A DNA stretch of 64,000 bases from NCBI GenBank assembly GCA_023231475.1, contig JALJEE010002534.1, positions 1 to 64,000 on the forward strand. Direction: 5' to 3'. Positions 26,729 through 38,190 of this stretch are shown here, in pieces. The notes beneath the pieces were generated by a model. That model had not been told where the DNA came from. It searched no databases and saw only the letters and a program-made list of their open reading frames with translations. The number at the start of each line of letters is the position of its first letter. The stretch's first letter is position 1. The DNA comes from Seison nebaliae (Eukaryota). A program made the position numbers and the translations under genes.

Positions 26729-27410
26729 TTAGAAAGACAAATTCACTTGATATTTTATAGAGTGCTTCGCCGCCGTTACCGTTGTAGTATCATTTTCTGA
26801 TAATAATTTTCCCATTCTGTCGTATCGAAACACAAAATTTTCATAATTATCAATTAATTCTCTAACTTTATCCATATTTAATCTGAAATCGAGAAAAACG
26901 TTTTGACATCGTTTGATGAAGCTGAAAATGAAAATGAATTTCTTCTCACACAAATCCTCCACTAACATATGATGTGAAATGATGTGATAATGAATTTTGA
27001 AAAAAACGATAGACATTATCAGCGTAACGGAAACGATAATAAAGATTGGATCATCTTTAATCTGGCAATCGACTATGTTTTATTGATTTTTCGCAAAATT
27101 TTCAAACTTTTCTTTCTCTCGATGTTAACTGACCGAAAAGACGATAAATGAACACCAGGAATATAGTCAATAAGAAAACTAGAGAATTCAATTGAACGAG
27201 TTGAAATGAAGGAAAAATTTAACTTAAACATTTCGTCGAATGTCGACGAGAATTGTCCAATATTTCCGTTAACCGACGTTGAAATAAACGTAAATCTGAG
27301 AATGGCAAGAATATAATGGAAATTGATGGAGGAAACGAACCGGTAGCTATATGGTTGCCACAATCAGAGATTCGGTGATTTCCTCCATTCACCGACGACG
27401 TAGTTGTCAT
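26729..27410 (-). CDS. CNEP1R1: CTD nuclear envelope phosphatase 1 regulatory subunit (TMEM188/Spo7)-like, 4 GTT introns
   Basis: Spliced product has DLRLFQRRLTEIL, two TM segments, KIH and FRYDRMGKLL, resembling DLKAFERRLTE..GIH..CDDTGKL. Confidence 0.65.
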
Positions 27411-27770
27411 ACTATGGAGCTAGAAAATGAAGATGAAATATTATTTCATTTTCCAACAGTTGGAAAAAGATGGAAGGGAGAAAGCTAAAAATTTTCATTT
27501 ATTTCTTTCACCAGCATGGAAATTTTCACAAATTTTCTTCCTCCATTACTGATTATGTAACATATCGAGGAAAGAGAACGAAGAAGAATAAATAAGTTTC
27601 GTTACGACATAATTTAATTATCTTTTCATAACTTCATTGGTCCGTCCGTTGAATCTCATTAAATTTAAATAACTTAAATCGACTTCTATTCAATTTTTTC
27701 TAATAAAAAAATTCAAATTTTCTAATACCTAATACCTAAAACGGAATAATTTAAATTTAAATTACGATTA

Positions 27771-29423
27771 ATGGATAAGTTGTGGAATATAGCGGACGAT
27801 AACGACGAAGTAGTTGAGGGAGGTGATTGGCGGAAATTGGTGACACGTCGAACAGGCAAAATCTTCCTGGTCGATGTTCGTTATGATATGAAAGAAGAAT
27901 TTTCGTTAAATGACGGTGGAAAAAGTTGTGGGGTAAAATTGGCGTTCGATTCGATGGAGAAGGAGTATAAGGACACGGTCTTTATGAATGATAAAGATTG
28001 TTTGTCCACCATCGTCTTTGGCGACGAGAGTTTCAACGAGGAAATTTTCCCACACTTGAAAATCTTGACACCGATGGATGAGATGAGAATTGAGTCGGTG
28101 ATGAAAATAAAGAAGTTTGATTGGAAATCGTTGTCGAAGGATTGTAAAGAAATGAAATTCTCCGATTTGTTGTGGACGGCAATGCAAATATTTCAAAGGA
28201 GCAAAAAACAATTCTCCATGAAAGAAATTATTTTGTGGACAGCGGCCGACATACCATCGAATGATACGGTTGAAATGAAATTGTTGAAGAAGCGATTGAG
28301 TGATTTGAAGGAGGAGAATATCGACGTGAAATTATTTGGTTGTAATAAAAACTTTCGGTTCGATCATGAACTGTTCTGGAAGGATGCTTTGGAATGGACG
28401 AATGATGATTTGATGAAGAATAAATTGAAATTATCAAGTTTGTCCAATATTCAAATTCGATTGAGAAATAAAACTTATCAACAACGAGTATATTCGAATT
28501 TGAAACTAAAATTATGTTCGGGAACTGAGTTGTCAGTGGCTATATATAATGTTTGTCGTAAATGTGCTAAGCCTAAACGTATAAAGTTGGATAAGAAGAA
28601 GAATGTTGATACGAAAACCGTTACAAGTAAGATGGATGTGAGTACGGGATCGTTGTTAATGCCGAATGAAATCTCTACGAAATACACCATCAATTCCCAA
28701 GAAGCTATCTTTACAAGTGAGGAGTTGAAAATACTCAAATATTTTGGTGGTTCAAATTTGAAATTGATCGGATTTAAGCCACTCTCATTTTTACAGCCCT
28801 ATCATTATCTCAAGACATCGCATGTCCTTTATCCGACGGGTAGGGAGAATAATCAGGGAAATATTCGATGTTTCACTACTCTCTTGTCATGTTGTTTGAA
28901 GAGGAAACTGTTCGTTTTATGTGAGATGGTTTTGAGAAAGAACTCCCCACCATATCTCGTCGCTTTGATCCCTCAAAAGCCAAAGATCGATCTTAAAGCC
29001 AATGAAATTGTTGATGGTTCCCATTCATTCAATGTCATCTATCTTCCTCATATGACGGATATTCGAGAGATCAATCGTGTAAATGATGTGGGCACAGAAT
29101 CGATGAATCCCGAAAAGATGGAGGAGAAAGTGGAAGTTTCGAAGGAGATCATCAAGAAATTATCAAACAAAAAATTCGCGTGTGATCTACTACCAAATCC
29201 AGCTCTACAAGTCATGTGGAGGAATATCGAGGCGATTGCGTTGGACGAAAAAGATTTACCAGAAGTCAAAGATTACACGATGCCATCGACGGAAATGATG
29301 AACAAGAAATGTGGGGAATTGTTCGAAAAATTTAATTCGATTAATTTGACTGTGGAAAAGACGAAAGTTTCAAGAAAACGAACAGCTGCCACAACATCGA
29401 GTCGTGCTAAGAAAACAAAATGA
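27771..29423 (+). CDS. XRCC6: Ku70, intronless, without an apparent SAP domain
   Basis: vWA domain (IFLVD), Ku core LKLIGFKPL, PYLVALIPQ, VIYLPHMTDIR, PNPALQ..IEAIALD. Confidence 0.93.
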   Translation: MDKLWNIADDNDEVVEGGDWRKLVTRRTGKIFLVDVRYDMKEEFSLNDGGKSCGVKLAFDSMEKEYKDTVFMNDKDCLSTIVFGDESFNEEIFPHLKILTPMDEMRIESVMKIKKFDWKSLSKDCKEMKFSDLLWTAMQIFQRSKKQFSMKEIILWTAADIPSNDTVEMKLLKKRLSDLKEENIDVKLFGCNKNFRFDHELFWKDALEWTNDDLMKNKLKLSSLSNIQIRLRNKTYQQRVYSNLKLKLCSGTELSVAIYNVCRKCAKPKRIKLDKKKNVDTKTVTSKMDVSTGSLLMPNEISTKYTINSQEAIFTSEELKILKYFGGSNLKLIGFKPLSFLQPYHYLKTSHVLYPTGRENNQGNIRCFTTLLSCCLKRKLFVLCEMVLRKNSPPYLVALIPQKPKIDLKANEIVDGSHSFNVIYLPHMTDIREINRVNDVGTESMNPEKMEEKVEVSKEIIKKLSNKKFACDLLPNPALQVMWRNIEAIALDEKDLPEVKDYTMPSTEMMNKKCGELFEKFNSINLTVEKTKVSRKRTAATTSSRAKKTK

Positions 29424-30002
29424 CAATTTTACAAATAATTTTCCTCTCGTTTCAAATTGTGTAATAGTAACTTTCGTAAATGTCATTTCTATCGAACTTC
29501 TATTGTTGTGTGTAGTAAATGTGTTTTTTTTATTAATTTATGATAATTCTCCTCATATTGATACATGAGTCATAACCTGTAGAGTTTTATTTATTTTTCA
29601 TCAATGACTCATTCGTGTACGAGGAATGATTGAACACGTGAAAATTTCCAACAAATTCATTCGACGTCGAAGGCAATTTTATTAATTTTCATTTGATTAA
29701 AACGAAAAAAAAAGAATTTTCTGGAAATATTTTAAAATGGATTATTAAATTTAACGAATTCGTTTTTTCGTACGAAAACGATATTATCGAGCCCACAACA
29801 AATCGTCATTATTTGATAAACGTTAAGTGTTTAGACGAGTGTCGTAAAGGCGATAGAGTGTGGGAGGAGGGAGGAAGTGAAAAGTGAATGAATTTCAAAA
29901 TAAAAATCTTCTAAATTTCCAGCCTCATTTTCTATTCAGAAAGAAGAAAGAATCATTTCATTCACAATCATTTCTTCTAAACAGAAACGAATAAATAAAG
30001 AG

Positions 30003-31869
30003 ATGAGTAATGACGCCTTCCTAGATGATATCACTCATAGAACAACAATTAAAATAGACAATGAAGAGATCGAAGTATCTCCCGAAAACTTAGAGAGAGT
30101 TCGCATTCTAGGAAATGGACAGAATGGAGCTGTTTGTACATTTTTCACAATCCGACCATTTATGACCTCCTTTAGGTTTTACTCATGAGACACACACCTA
30201 GTAATAAATTGATGGCTGTCAAACGTATCACATTCAACAATGACAACACTGAACAACATGGAAGAGAATTGAAAGTTTTCCTCTTTTGATTGATAATTGA
30301 AACTACATCTCTCCATTCCCTTCTCTTATTGTGTAATAGTTGAGTTTAAATACACAGAACTGCTTTTATCTTATACGTTCATACGGCGCCCTCTATCATG
30401 AATTTGTTGCTTGGATTCTCATGGAAGTTATGCAAGCAGATCTCCAAGTGATATATGAAAAAGCAAAAAAAATGAATATTCGTTTGTCCGAGTCATTCCT
30501 TCGACGAATTGCATTTATTGTTAGTATAAATTCATCTCCTTCTCTTCTCTTCTCCCCATTTCGTACTACCATTTCATTTCGAAACAATCTTTTTTTAAAC
30601 CATTTTTTCCCACAATATTTAAACAAAGTCACTTCGTTTTTCTTTCTATGAATGAAATTTAATTATCCACATTATGAATTTAAAGTATTTCTTTTTCTTC
30701 GTATTAACATGGAAATCGGTATAGAATATGTAAATACTAATACTCATTTTCTCGTCGTAGTAAAAGAAAAAAGTAATTTCCGTCCAGTTTTCCATGATTT
30801 ATGAAATAATTTTTAAAAAAATTTTAAAAAATTTCTTCACAATAATTTTCGATGATTAACATTCATAAAATGGATTGAAAGATACCACAACAATGAAATT
30901 ATTTTCAAAGAAAATTTTCGTCTAGTTTTTGATGATTATGAAATAATTTTCCAAAAAAATTTCGGAATAATTTTCAGTGATCATGAAATATATTTGTGAA
31001 ATGATTTTGTGAAATAATTTTTGATAATTAAATTTTTGTTAAAACGAAATCTACTTTAATGAAATTCAATTTCTCTCTCAATTCAAATTTAATTTTAATG
31101 GAATTGATTAAAAGATTTTTTTAATGAAAATTTAATTGTCAAAAATTATTTTGGAAAAGATTTCACGTCAATAAATTGTCGTGTCTTTATCATTCTTGGT
31201 TTGAAGGTGTTGAAAACACTAAATTATTTGGACCAAGTCTGGGGCACCCTTCACCGCGATATCAAACCGTCCAACATCCTAGTTAATCAAGATGGCACTG
31301 TCAAATTGTGTGACTTCGGCATTTGTGGTCGGTTGGGACAGAGATCGAATGCTCACACCTTTATCGGTCACAGTCGGTATATGGCTCCTGAACGAATTAT
31401 AATGAAAGAGAAACAACATTCTTATAATATCCGAAGTGAAGTGTGGTCATTAGGTTTTTTTTTGAAATTTTCCTTCTTTTCCCCACTCTCCCACATTTTT
31501 TCAGGGTTGACTTTATATGAGTTGGCTACACGTCAATTGCCGTATTGCAAAGCGAGAGGTGATTTTGGATTAGCGACAGCGATCGTAGATGGACCGCCAC
31601 CCAGTCTGGAAGAAGATGAAGAGACACTCAATTATTATTCAGACGATTTCAATAAATTCATTAAGAAATGTCTGGTGAAGGACGAAGAGGATCGAGATAA
31701 ACCAGAAACACTTCTATTAAAAGACGAATGGATCAAAGGCGAATATGAAATATATTTAAAATCGGTCAATTTAACCGTCGAGACGGAGAATCCGTTGGAT
31801 TGTCATCCATATGAATGTTCTGTTCAATCTGATCGCGACATGTTAAAAAGGATAATCGATAGCACATGA
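30003..31869 (+). CDS. Dual-specificity MAP kinase kinase (MKK3/4/6-like); introns 30132-30175, 30275-30339, 30520-31206, 31454-31504
   Basis: LGNGQNGA|V, MAVKRI, HRDIKPSNIL, KLCDFG, SNAHT activation loop, YMAPERI. Confidence 0.9.
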
Positions 31870-31993
31870 GACACAAAACATTCTTTTTTATTTCCTGTTT
31901 TTTTTTTTAAATAATTTTCGTTAATTTTTCTTTCGATAGTTGATGAAATTTCATTCCATCACATTTTGCCACACCATTCCAATTCTTATAGTT

Positions 31994-32591
31994 TTAGTAT
32001 TCGTAAAGAATATCTCGTCTCTCTGAGATGTCATGATCGAGAGCTGAGGCAACTGACGTCATAATTTGTGACCATTTCCATGCATCATCGACTTCCGCAA
32101 ATAAATCCATTTCACTTGTTAATTCCTGAGTGAGAGGACTCAAATTGACGTTCGTCTAAAAATAGATCATTAGAAATTTTTCGAATTTCTCTAACTATAT
32201 AATTGAATTGTTGCATCGATGGTGAATCCTTCAAATCATTCGTCGTCACTTTCATTCCCATACTGTAAAAAAAAATTTTATAAATTCAAACAAATTATTA
32301 TTATTATTAATAATAATTGAATTAATTATAATATTTATTATTATTAATATGATTATTATTATGAACTTGGTTTGTGAAGTGTTGATGATTCTCGATCTCT
32401 TCTCCGTTAATTCCGGTATATTTTGAAACGACGCTTGTTTCACCATCTTCCTAAACTAAATTAATTTCAAATGTAATTTCCATATTGAACTTTGTATCAC
32501 GATTGTTCGTCTCGTCGCTGGGGCGAGCTTCGAAGACCTTTTCTGAAGGAATTTTATTTGTCGATTTTTTCTTCTTTTTCGAATCGCCCAT
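31994..32591 (-). CDS. IFT43: Intraflagellar transport protein 43 (largely missing from the ORF track), 3 GTT introns
   Basis: Spliced C-terminus NIPEL..KVTTNDL..VNLSPLTQEL..EVDDAWKWSQIMTSVAS fits the IFT43 motif IDLxxLTxxL..EDDxxWxWxxL. Confidence 0.7.
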
Positions 32592-32730
32592 AACTTGACG
32601 TTTGGAAGAACTTGATTAATTTGAACTTATTAGAAAAAATTTCCTTTTTTTGCGCACAATAAAAGCCGTTTCTAAAATTTATTCATTTTATAATAAAAAT
32701 TGTTTATTTTTTCGAAAAAGAAGGAAATTT

Positions 32731-34515
32731 CTATTGTTTGGAAAGGACGGACGTGAGTGCCTTTGTATCGTTATCGGCTATTTGATCGGCGATCGTTAAA
32801 GTACCAGCATAGCTAATCAAAGCTCCCTGATGGTTATCTAGTGTAGGCGATTATTAAAAATATATTAAAATTTAAATATTCACAAAAATGATTCCTAACG
32901 ATATTTTCGATGCCAGATAAAAATGGGCGGAATGATAATTAAACAAATTAAGAGAACTATTATGAAGAGTAGGAGCCATTTTTTAGTTCCGAAAAATACA
33001 TCTCGATCATAAAATCGAAAAGATCGTTTCGTTATAACTAATATGGAGAGATGAATGACGTGACATTGACAGGACAACTAAACTGTGATTCACCACATCG
33101 ACTTCTTTTCCCAGATTAAAATTTAATTGTTCCTCGAAATTATGTGAAGGGAATGTCGTCGGTCCGATCATTTGTCCTTGTTTCTCCGCAAACCTTCTCA
33201 AATTTTCCGCGTCCGTTTCGAATAGATAATCGTACGATACTCGTTTGGCGTCATCGCCCACCATTCGTTCATCGATGATATGCAAGTCGAGATGACTCTG
33301 GCTCGTTTTCAGGAGTTTCCTATAAGTCGCTAAAATCGCTTTCTGTAACTTCGGAGAATGTGAATGAATTATTCAATGACAATTCAAACTATTTCTTTCG
33401 GATTCGACTTTTTCACCTTCCTGTAATGCAGTTGGCCTTCTTGTGTCATCTCGAACATCTTTTTCTTCTGTGAAATCTTCTCCTAAACAAACGGAAAATC
33501 GTCATTGAAAAACCGTTAAAAAATTGCATAAAAAATCTCTTTTAAAATTAAAACAACTTATTTGTCTGTTTTAGGACTGAAACGAAGAACACTATTAACA
33601 AACTAAAGGACACTGGAAATAAATGGGAGATAGTTAACAGGTTTTTTCTCTTCTCGTTTCGTCGTGGTATTAAAGATGATGGTTTCAGTAGTCGAGTGAT
33701 TTGCAGCGAGCGAAGTCAACTAAAACGAAAAATTTACAAACAAACAGAGACAATAGAAGAAAACGTCAGGTCTTGTCTTGTACCAGTTTGAGTCTAAAAT
33801 TATCTTCTCTTCATCGATCGTGTCATTTGACATCTGGATAGTTGAACTTGGACGAAATGGTCTTCTGTCCTTAAAGATGATGATGAAATACGAGAAAATC
33901 AGGAAAAAAATGAACTTCCGGTGCAATCTTTTGTGTAAATTTATCAAATTTTTTCAAGTCCAATTTCTGAAAATCTTCGTTGATTATTGCGATAGGACAA
34001 ATGAATCCTCTATATCGTTTCTCTATATCTTTCTCGACCATTAACGGTACTAATCTCGCAAAATATAATTCTAATTCATTAACAATTTGTTTTTGAATGA
34101 GAGACGAGAGAAAAAAACGTGGCAAGTCGATTGGTGTTGTCGTATTCAGTGGATCTATTTGAGCATCGTATCGATAAGTGTGTTTCATAGTTTGCAAAAT
34201 GGTTCGCTATATATTCGAAATGATTCGAAATGTAGAAGAAGAAGGGAGAAGGACCTGAAAGATATCATATTGAATATGCATCGTCGATTTTCCGCTGATT
34301 GATGTGTCGATGTTGAACATTAATCTAAATTGAAGAACAATTCATTTAGTCTCTCATTGGACAAATTCAAACATTTTCTTACAGTCCAAATAAAATAATT
34401 TTTTTATTTTCTCCGTAGCATTATTCGGTACGGTGAACATTTTCAACGAAGCAGTATTGGGAGGTCGCGCCCCATTCACCAACAAGGGCAAGAAGACCAG
34501 TAAGGAGAAGAACAT
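32731..34515 (-). CDS. Uncharacterised single-pass type I membrane protein, multi-exon
   Basis: Signal peptide MFFSLLVFLPLLVNG; exons join across GTT/GTC..AG introns; TM segment WLLLFIIVLLICLIIIPPIFIW followed by HRK. Confidence 0.6.
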
Positions 34516-35111
34516 TTTGAGTGGGAAACAAATTGAAAAGGAAGGTGAATTGTGCTTGATCAAAAATTCAAAAAAATTTGAAACCAAATTAAAAAATAAC
34601 GATTTTCTAATTAAGACATAAGTAATCCGTTTTCTTTTAAGTATAACCCAAATTGGGGAAATACGTAAATTTTTTCTTGACTGCTTCAAATTATTCATTT
34701 TTTAATGTTCCATTTTTCTATTTTTTTTCTTTTTCAATATTCCTCATGTACTTCATCGATCAATTCGTGTGGGATATGGAAATAAATTAATAAACGTTTA
34801 ATTAGACAATGACATGATAATCATATTAACGATAATTAGAAAAAAATCATTAACGATTAGACAAATCATGTCTGATAAATGAAAGTTTCATTCAGACGAT
34901 GGTTTTGAGATGGGAAAAAAAAATTTTTTTTTTTAAAAAAAATTCTTAAGTAAACGAAAGAAAAGACTTGAATTCGAAGCGGATGATAAATAAAATTGTT
35001 GGAGAAATGAAAATGTCAGATCAGGTGACAAATGTGTCGTATGTGGATAGTTGAGAGTTGATTAGTTTAATTAAATTTAACAATGATTATTCGAATGAAG
35101 TAAGAGAGAGA

Positions 35112-37880
35112 ATGTCGAAAGAAAATAAAAGAGTTGAATCCTATTCATCCGACGCCTCTTCTTCCTCCTTATCGTCGTTAGATGATGAGAACCATCAGAA
35201 TGAGAATGATGATAATGAATCAGGTGACGTTCATTTGAATTTACTGCAAGCCGTTTGTTTCATTGAGGATGCGATTGGTTATAAATCCATATTTCATTCA
35301 TGTCGTACAAAAAATGATATTAAATGGTATCGGCTTTATCATTCATGGCAAATAAAATTCATTATTGGTCTAAGTATTTTCATGGTGAATTGTCTACCAT
35401 TCGTCGAGTATCCCTCCAGTCTCAGTTATACTAGTGACACGAGAAAAGCTTTTCATCGATATCAAATCAATTGTACACTTTTACTCTACATTGAATTGTT
35501 GACATTGATCATTCTCACTTTTGATGTGATATTCAAAACGGTTTTGAAATTATTTCAAAATTCTTTGAAAGAAGGATGGCTACTTACTTATTATCTGATT
35601 CTTTTTATCTCTTTCATCGATTGGAGTTTGACGATGGCGAACGGAAGTAATTGTTCTCCTAATACCAATAATTCTTTACAATATTTTTCCTCTTTACAAA
35701 TTCGACGATATTTCCGTCCATTCTTCCTCCTCCAATCCTCCACTCTCATGAAGAAGATTCTCCATTGTATGCAACGATCTATGAAACCCATTCTCTCCGT
35801 TGGTCTCTTACTCGTTTTTCATCTTTTCTTTTTCGCATTGATGGGAATTCTCATCTTTCCACGAAATCGTAACGGAATACCAATTCATGACGATGAGAAG
35901 GAAGCGTTCGCCGTTTTCGATTCCATCTCTCATTCTCTCATTCATCTACTTGTCCTCTTAACGACGGCAAATCATCCCGACGTCATGATGTTGGCTTATG
36001 CAGCGAATCGATTGTATGTTATTTATTTTGTCATATTCGTATTTTTTGGCACTTATTGTATGGTCTCCATGGTAACGGCTGTTATGTACAACGTTTTTCA
36101 AACTTATTTTCTCGATTCGATGCAATCGGCAATTTACCGTCATAAAATGGCCATATATGCCACATTCCGTTCCATGCAATTATACGAGCGATTATTATAT
36201 AAACGACAAACAATCAAAACATTCGTCCGATTGACAACTATTGAGAAAATGATCAATTTAACCAAATTGTCCAATCTCAAAAAATATAATATCAAATTAC
36301 TTTTACAAACATTTCTCGATCTTCAAAAACAACCAAGACGATTAATCGATCTCACCAATTCATCATCGACGTCAACGACCGATATCGATTCAGATAACGA
36401 TGCTCACAACAATCGATATAACATCCAATTCATGAAACCGGTCATTTATCGGAGTGACGGTCGTTCTGAAAATCTACCTTATTTTTTTTCTAAGCCTGGA
36501 AATTTTAGTTCTATAAAATATTCAAATTATGTCTCAATGGATGTTCATCAATTCGAATATCTCATGAGAGAATTGAACGAGAATGAGAAAATTATTTCCG
36601 TCGACGATTCCATCACACGCACTAACGTCACCACCACCGACATTGCACAACAAATACGTCGGAGAAGTTTGTCACGTATTCCCGAGACACAAGAACAAAC
36701 TTTCCTCCATCGATTACGAGTGTTTGGACAATCGAAATTATTCCATCATCTCGGCGATCTAGTCGCACTCATCAACATCATTATGATAACATGGGAGTTG
36801 GAAGTAGAAGTTCATGGTGGTAGGAAAGCGGAAAAAATTCGAAAAATTTTAAACGCTGCAAATTCAATTTTTCTCATTTTTTATTGTTTCGAACAAGCAC
36901 TCAAGATCTGGTCATATGGCATTTATCAGTATATGCAATCGTTGAATAATGTCTTCGATTTGTTCGTCACTTTATTTCTAATGGCGGCCGAAGGTGTCTC
37001 ATTCGCCTTCCTTTCTGAACCATTCGATTTTACTCCCGATTTCAATTCGACTGATACTCGATCGTCATTTTTCTTCAATAATTCTACGAATTTGACGACC
37101 ACGATAATTCCGTCGACAGTTACACCATCAAATATCATCGATCGTCGTATTCAGGTGTGGGACATAGTTCGGATCATTAACATTCTCATCATGTTCCGTT
37201 TGATTCGATTGATGAAATTGTTCCGAACAATGTCCATAATTTTGAACGCGCTAATTGATCTGGTGAAGAATTTGGGATCGTTTTTTGGTCTACTTTGGTC
37301 TTTATACTATTTTTTCGCCTTGTGTGGAATGCAATTATTTTCAGGGACGATACGACCAGATATTGCACCATTCAACCTCACCAATCAGACGACAACGGCC
37401 AAATGTGGTAGTTATGAACAACTGAATTATTGGGCTAATAATTTCGATGATTTCGCTTCGTCCGTCGTCGTCCTTTGGGATATTATGGTCGTTAATAATT
37501 GGCAGGTCTTCCTCAACGTCTTCAGTCGCGTCACCAACGAATGGTATCAACTCTACTTCATCATCTGGTGGTTCATCTCCACCATCTGTACGATGAGCAT
37601 TTTCACAGCAATCATTCTCGAACTCTTCCTCTCCAAATTGGCAGCAGCCGAACAAACAGAAAAGAAAAAAAAAGAATTACAGACTCAAATGAATCGGACA
37701 CCAACACCGATGACGAGGAGGAATCGTTTTCAGAAAAAGGTACTCAAACCGCGCTCGCCCAAAGCTACCACTCAGAATATCGCCACCGTTTATCAAATAT
37801 TCGAGTCGCGAATCAAAGAACCGACTAACGAATATCTGATGCAAAACCTGAATCGACATCCTGATTTGAAATTAACTTAA
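35112..37880 (+). CDS. TPCN2: Two-pore calcium channel 2, intronless
   Basis: Two 6-TM repeats; pore motifs LLTTANHPDVM and MVVNNWQVF; CGSYEQLNYWANNFDDF. Confidence 0.93.
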   Translation: MSKENKRVESYSSDASSSSLSSLDDENHQNENDDNESGDVHLNLLQAVCFIEDAIGYKSIFHSCRTKNDIKWYRLYHSWQIKFIIGLSIFMVNCLPFVEYPSSLSYTSDTRKAFHRYQINCTLLLYIELLTLIILTFDVIFKTVLKLFQNSLKEGWLLTYYLILFISFIDWSLTMANGSNCSPNTNNSLQYFSSLQIRRYFRPFFLLQSSTLMKKILHCMQRSMKPILSVGLLLVFHLFFFALMGILIFPRNRNGIPIHDDEKEAFAVFDSISHSLIHLLVLLTTANHPDVMMLAYAANRLYVIYFVIFVFFGTYCMVSMVTAVMYNVFQTYFLDSMQSAIYRHKMAIYATFRSMQLYERLLYKRQTIKTFVRLTTIEKMINLTKLSNLKKYNIKLLLQTFLDLQKQPRRLIDLTNSSSTSTTDIDSDNDAHNNRYNIQFMKPVIYRSDGRSENLPYFFSKPGNFSSIKYSNYVSMDVHQFEYLMRELNENEKIISVDDSITRTNVTTTDIAQQIRRRSLSRIPETQEQTFLHRLRVFGQSKLFHHLGDLVALINIIMITWELEVEVHGGRKAEKIRKILNAANSIFLIFYCFEQALKIWSYGIYQYMQSLNNVFDLFVTLFLMAAEGVSFAFLSEPFDFTPDFNSTDTRSSFFFNNSTNLTTTIIPSTVTPSNIIDRRIQVWDIVRIINILIMFRLIRLMKLFRTMSIILNALIDLVKNLGSFFGLLWSLYYFFALCGMQLFSGTIRPDIAPFNLTNQTTTAKCGSYEQLNYWANNFDDFASSVVVLWDIMVVNNWQVFLNVFSRVTNEWYQLYFIIWWFISTICTMSIFTAIILELFLSKLAAAEQTEKKKKELQTQMNRTPTPMTRRNRFQKKVLKPRSPKATTQNIATVYQIFESRIKEPTNEYLMQNLNRHPDLKLT

Positions 37881-38190
37881 TTAATTTATTTATTCTTCTA
37901 TTATTATTTATTTGAAAATTTTCAAATTTATTTTTTCATACTCTCCAAATACTCTACAAATAAGTGAGAAAAGAAGATATTCATTTTTTTTTTCATTTTT
38001 TTTTTCATACTCCCAAATAAACTTCAAATTAGTTTCATATTTGAAAAAAATTTTGTTAATTTCTAATTAATTAGAAATAATTTAAATGGAATAATTTATA
38101 ACAGTGAATCAATTGAGGAATAATTTATGAATTGAGTTGGAATAACTTTATTAAAATTTAAATGGAAATGATGAAAAAAGAGGTTTTTTT

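Noticed and set aside
32731..32860. GC-richer stretch suspected to be an snRNA
   Set aside because: It is the last coding exon of the minus-strand membrane-protein gene; I found no U1 or U6 gene in the window
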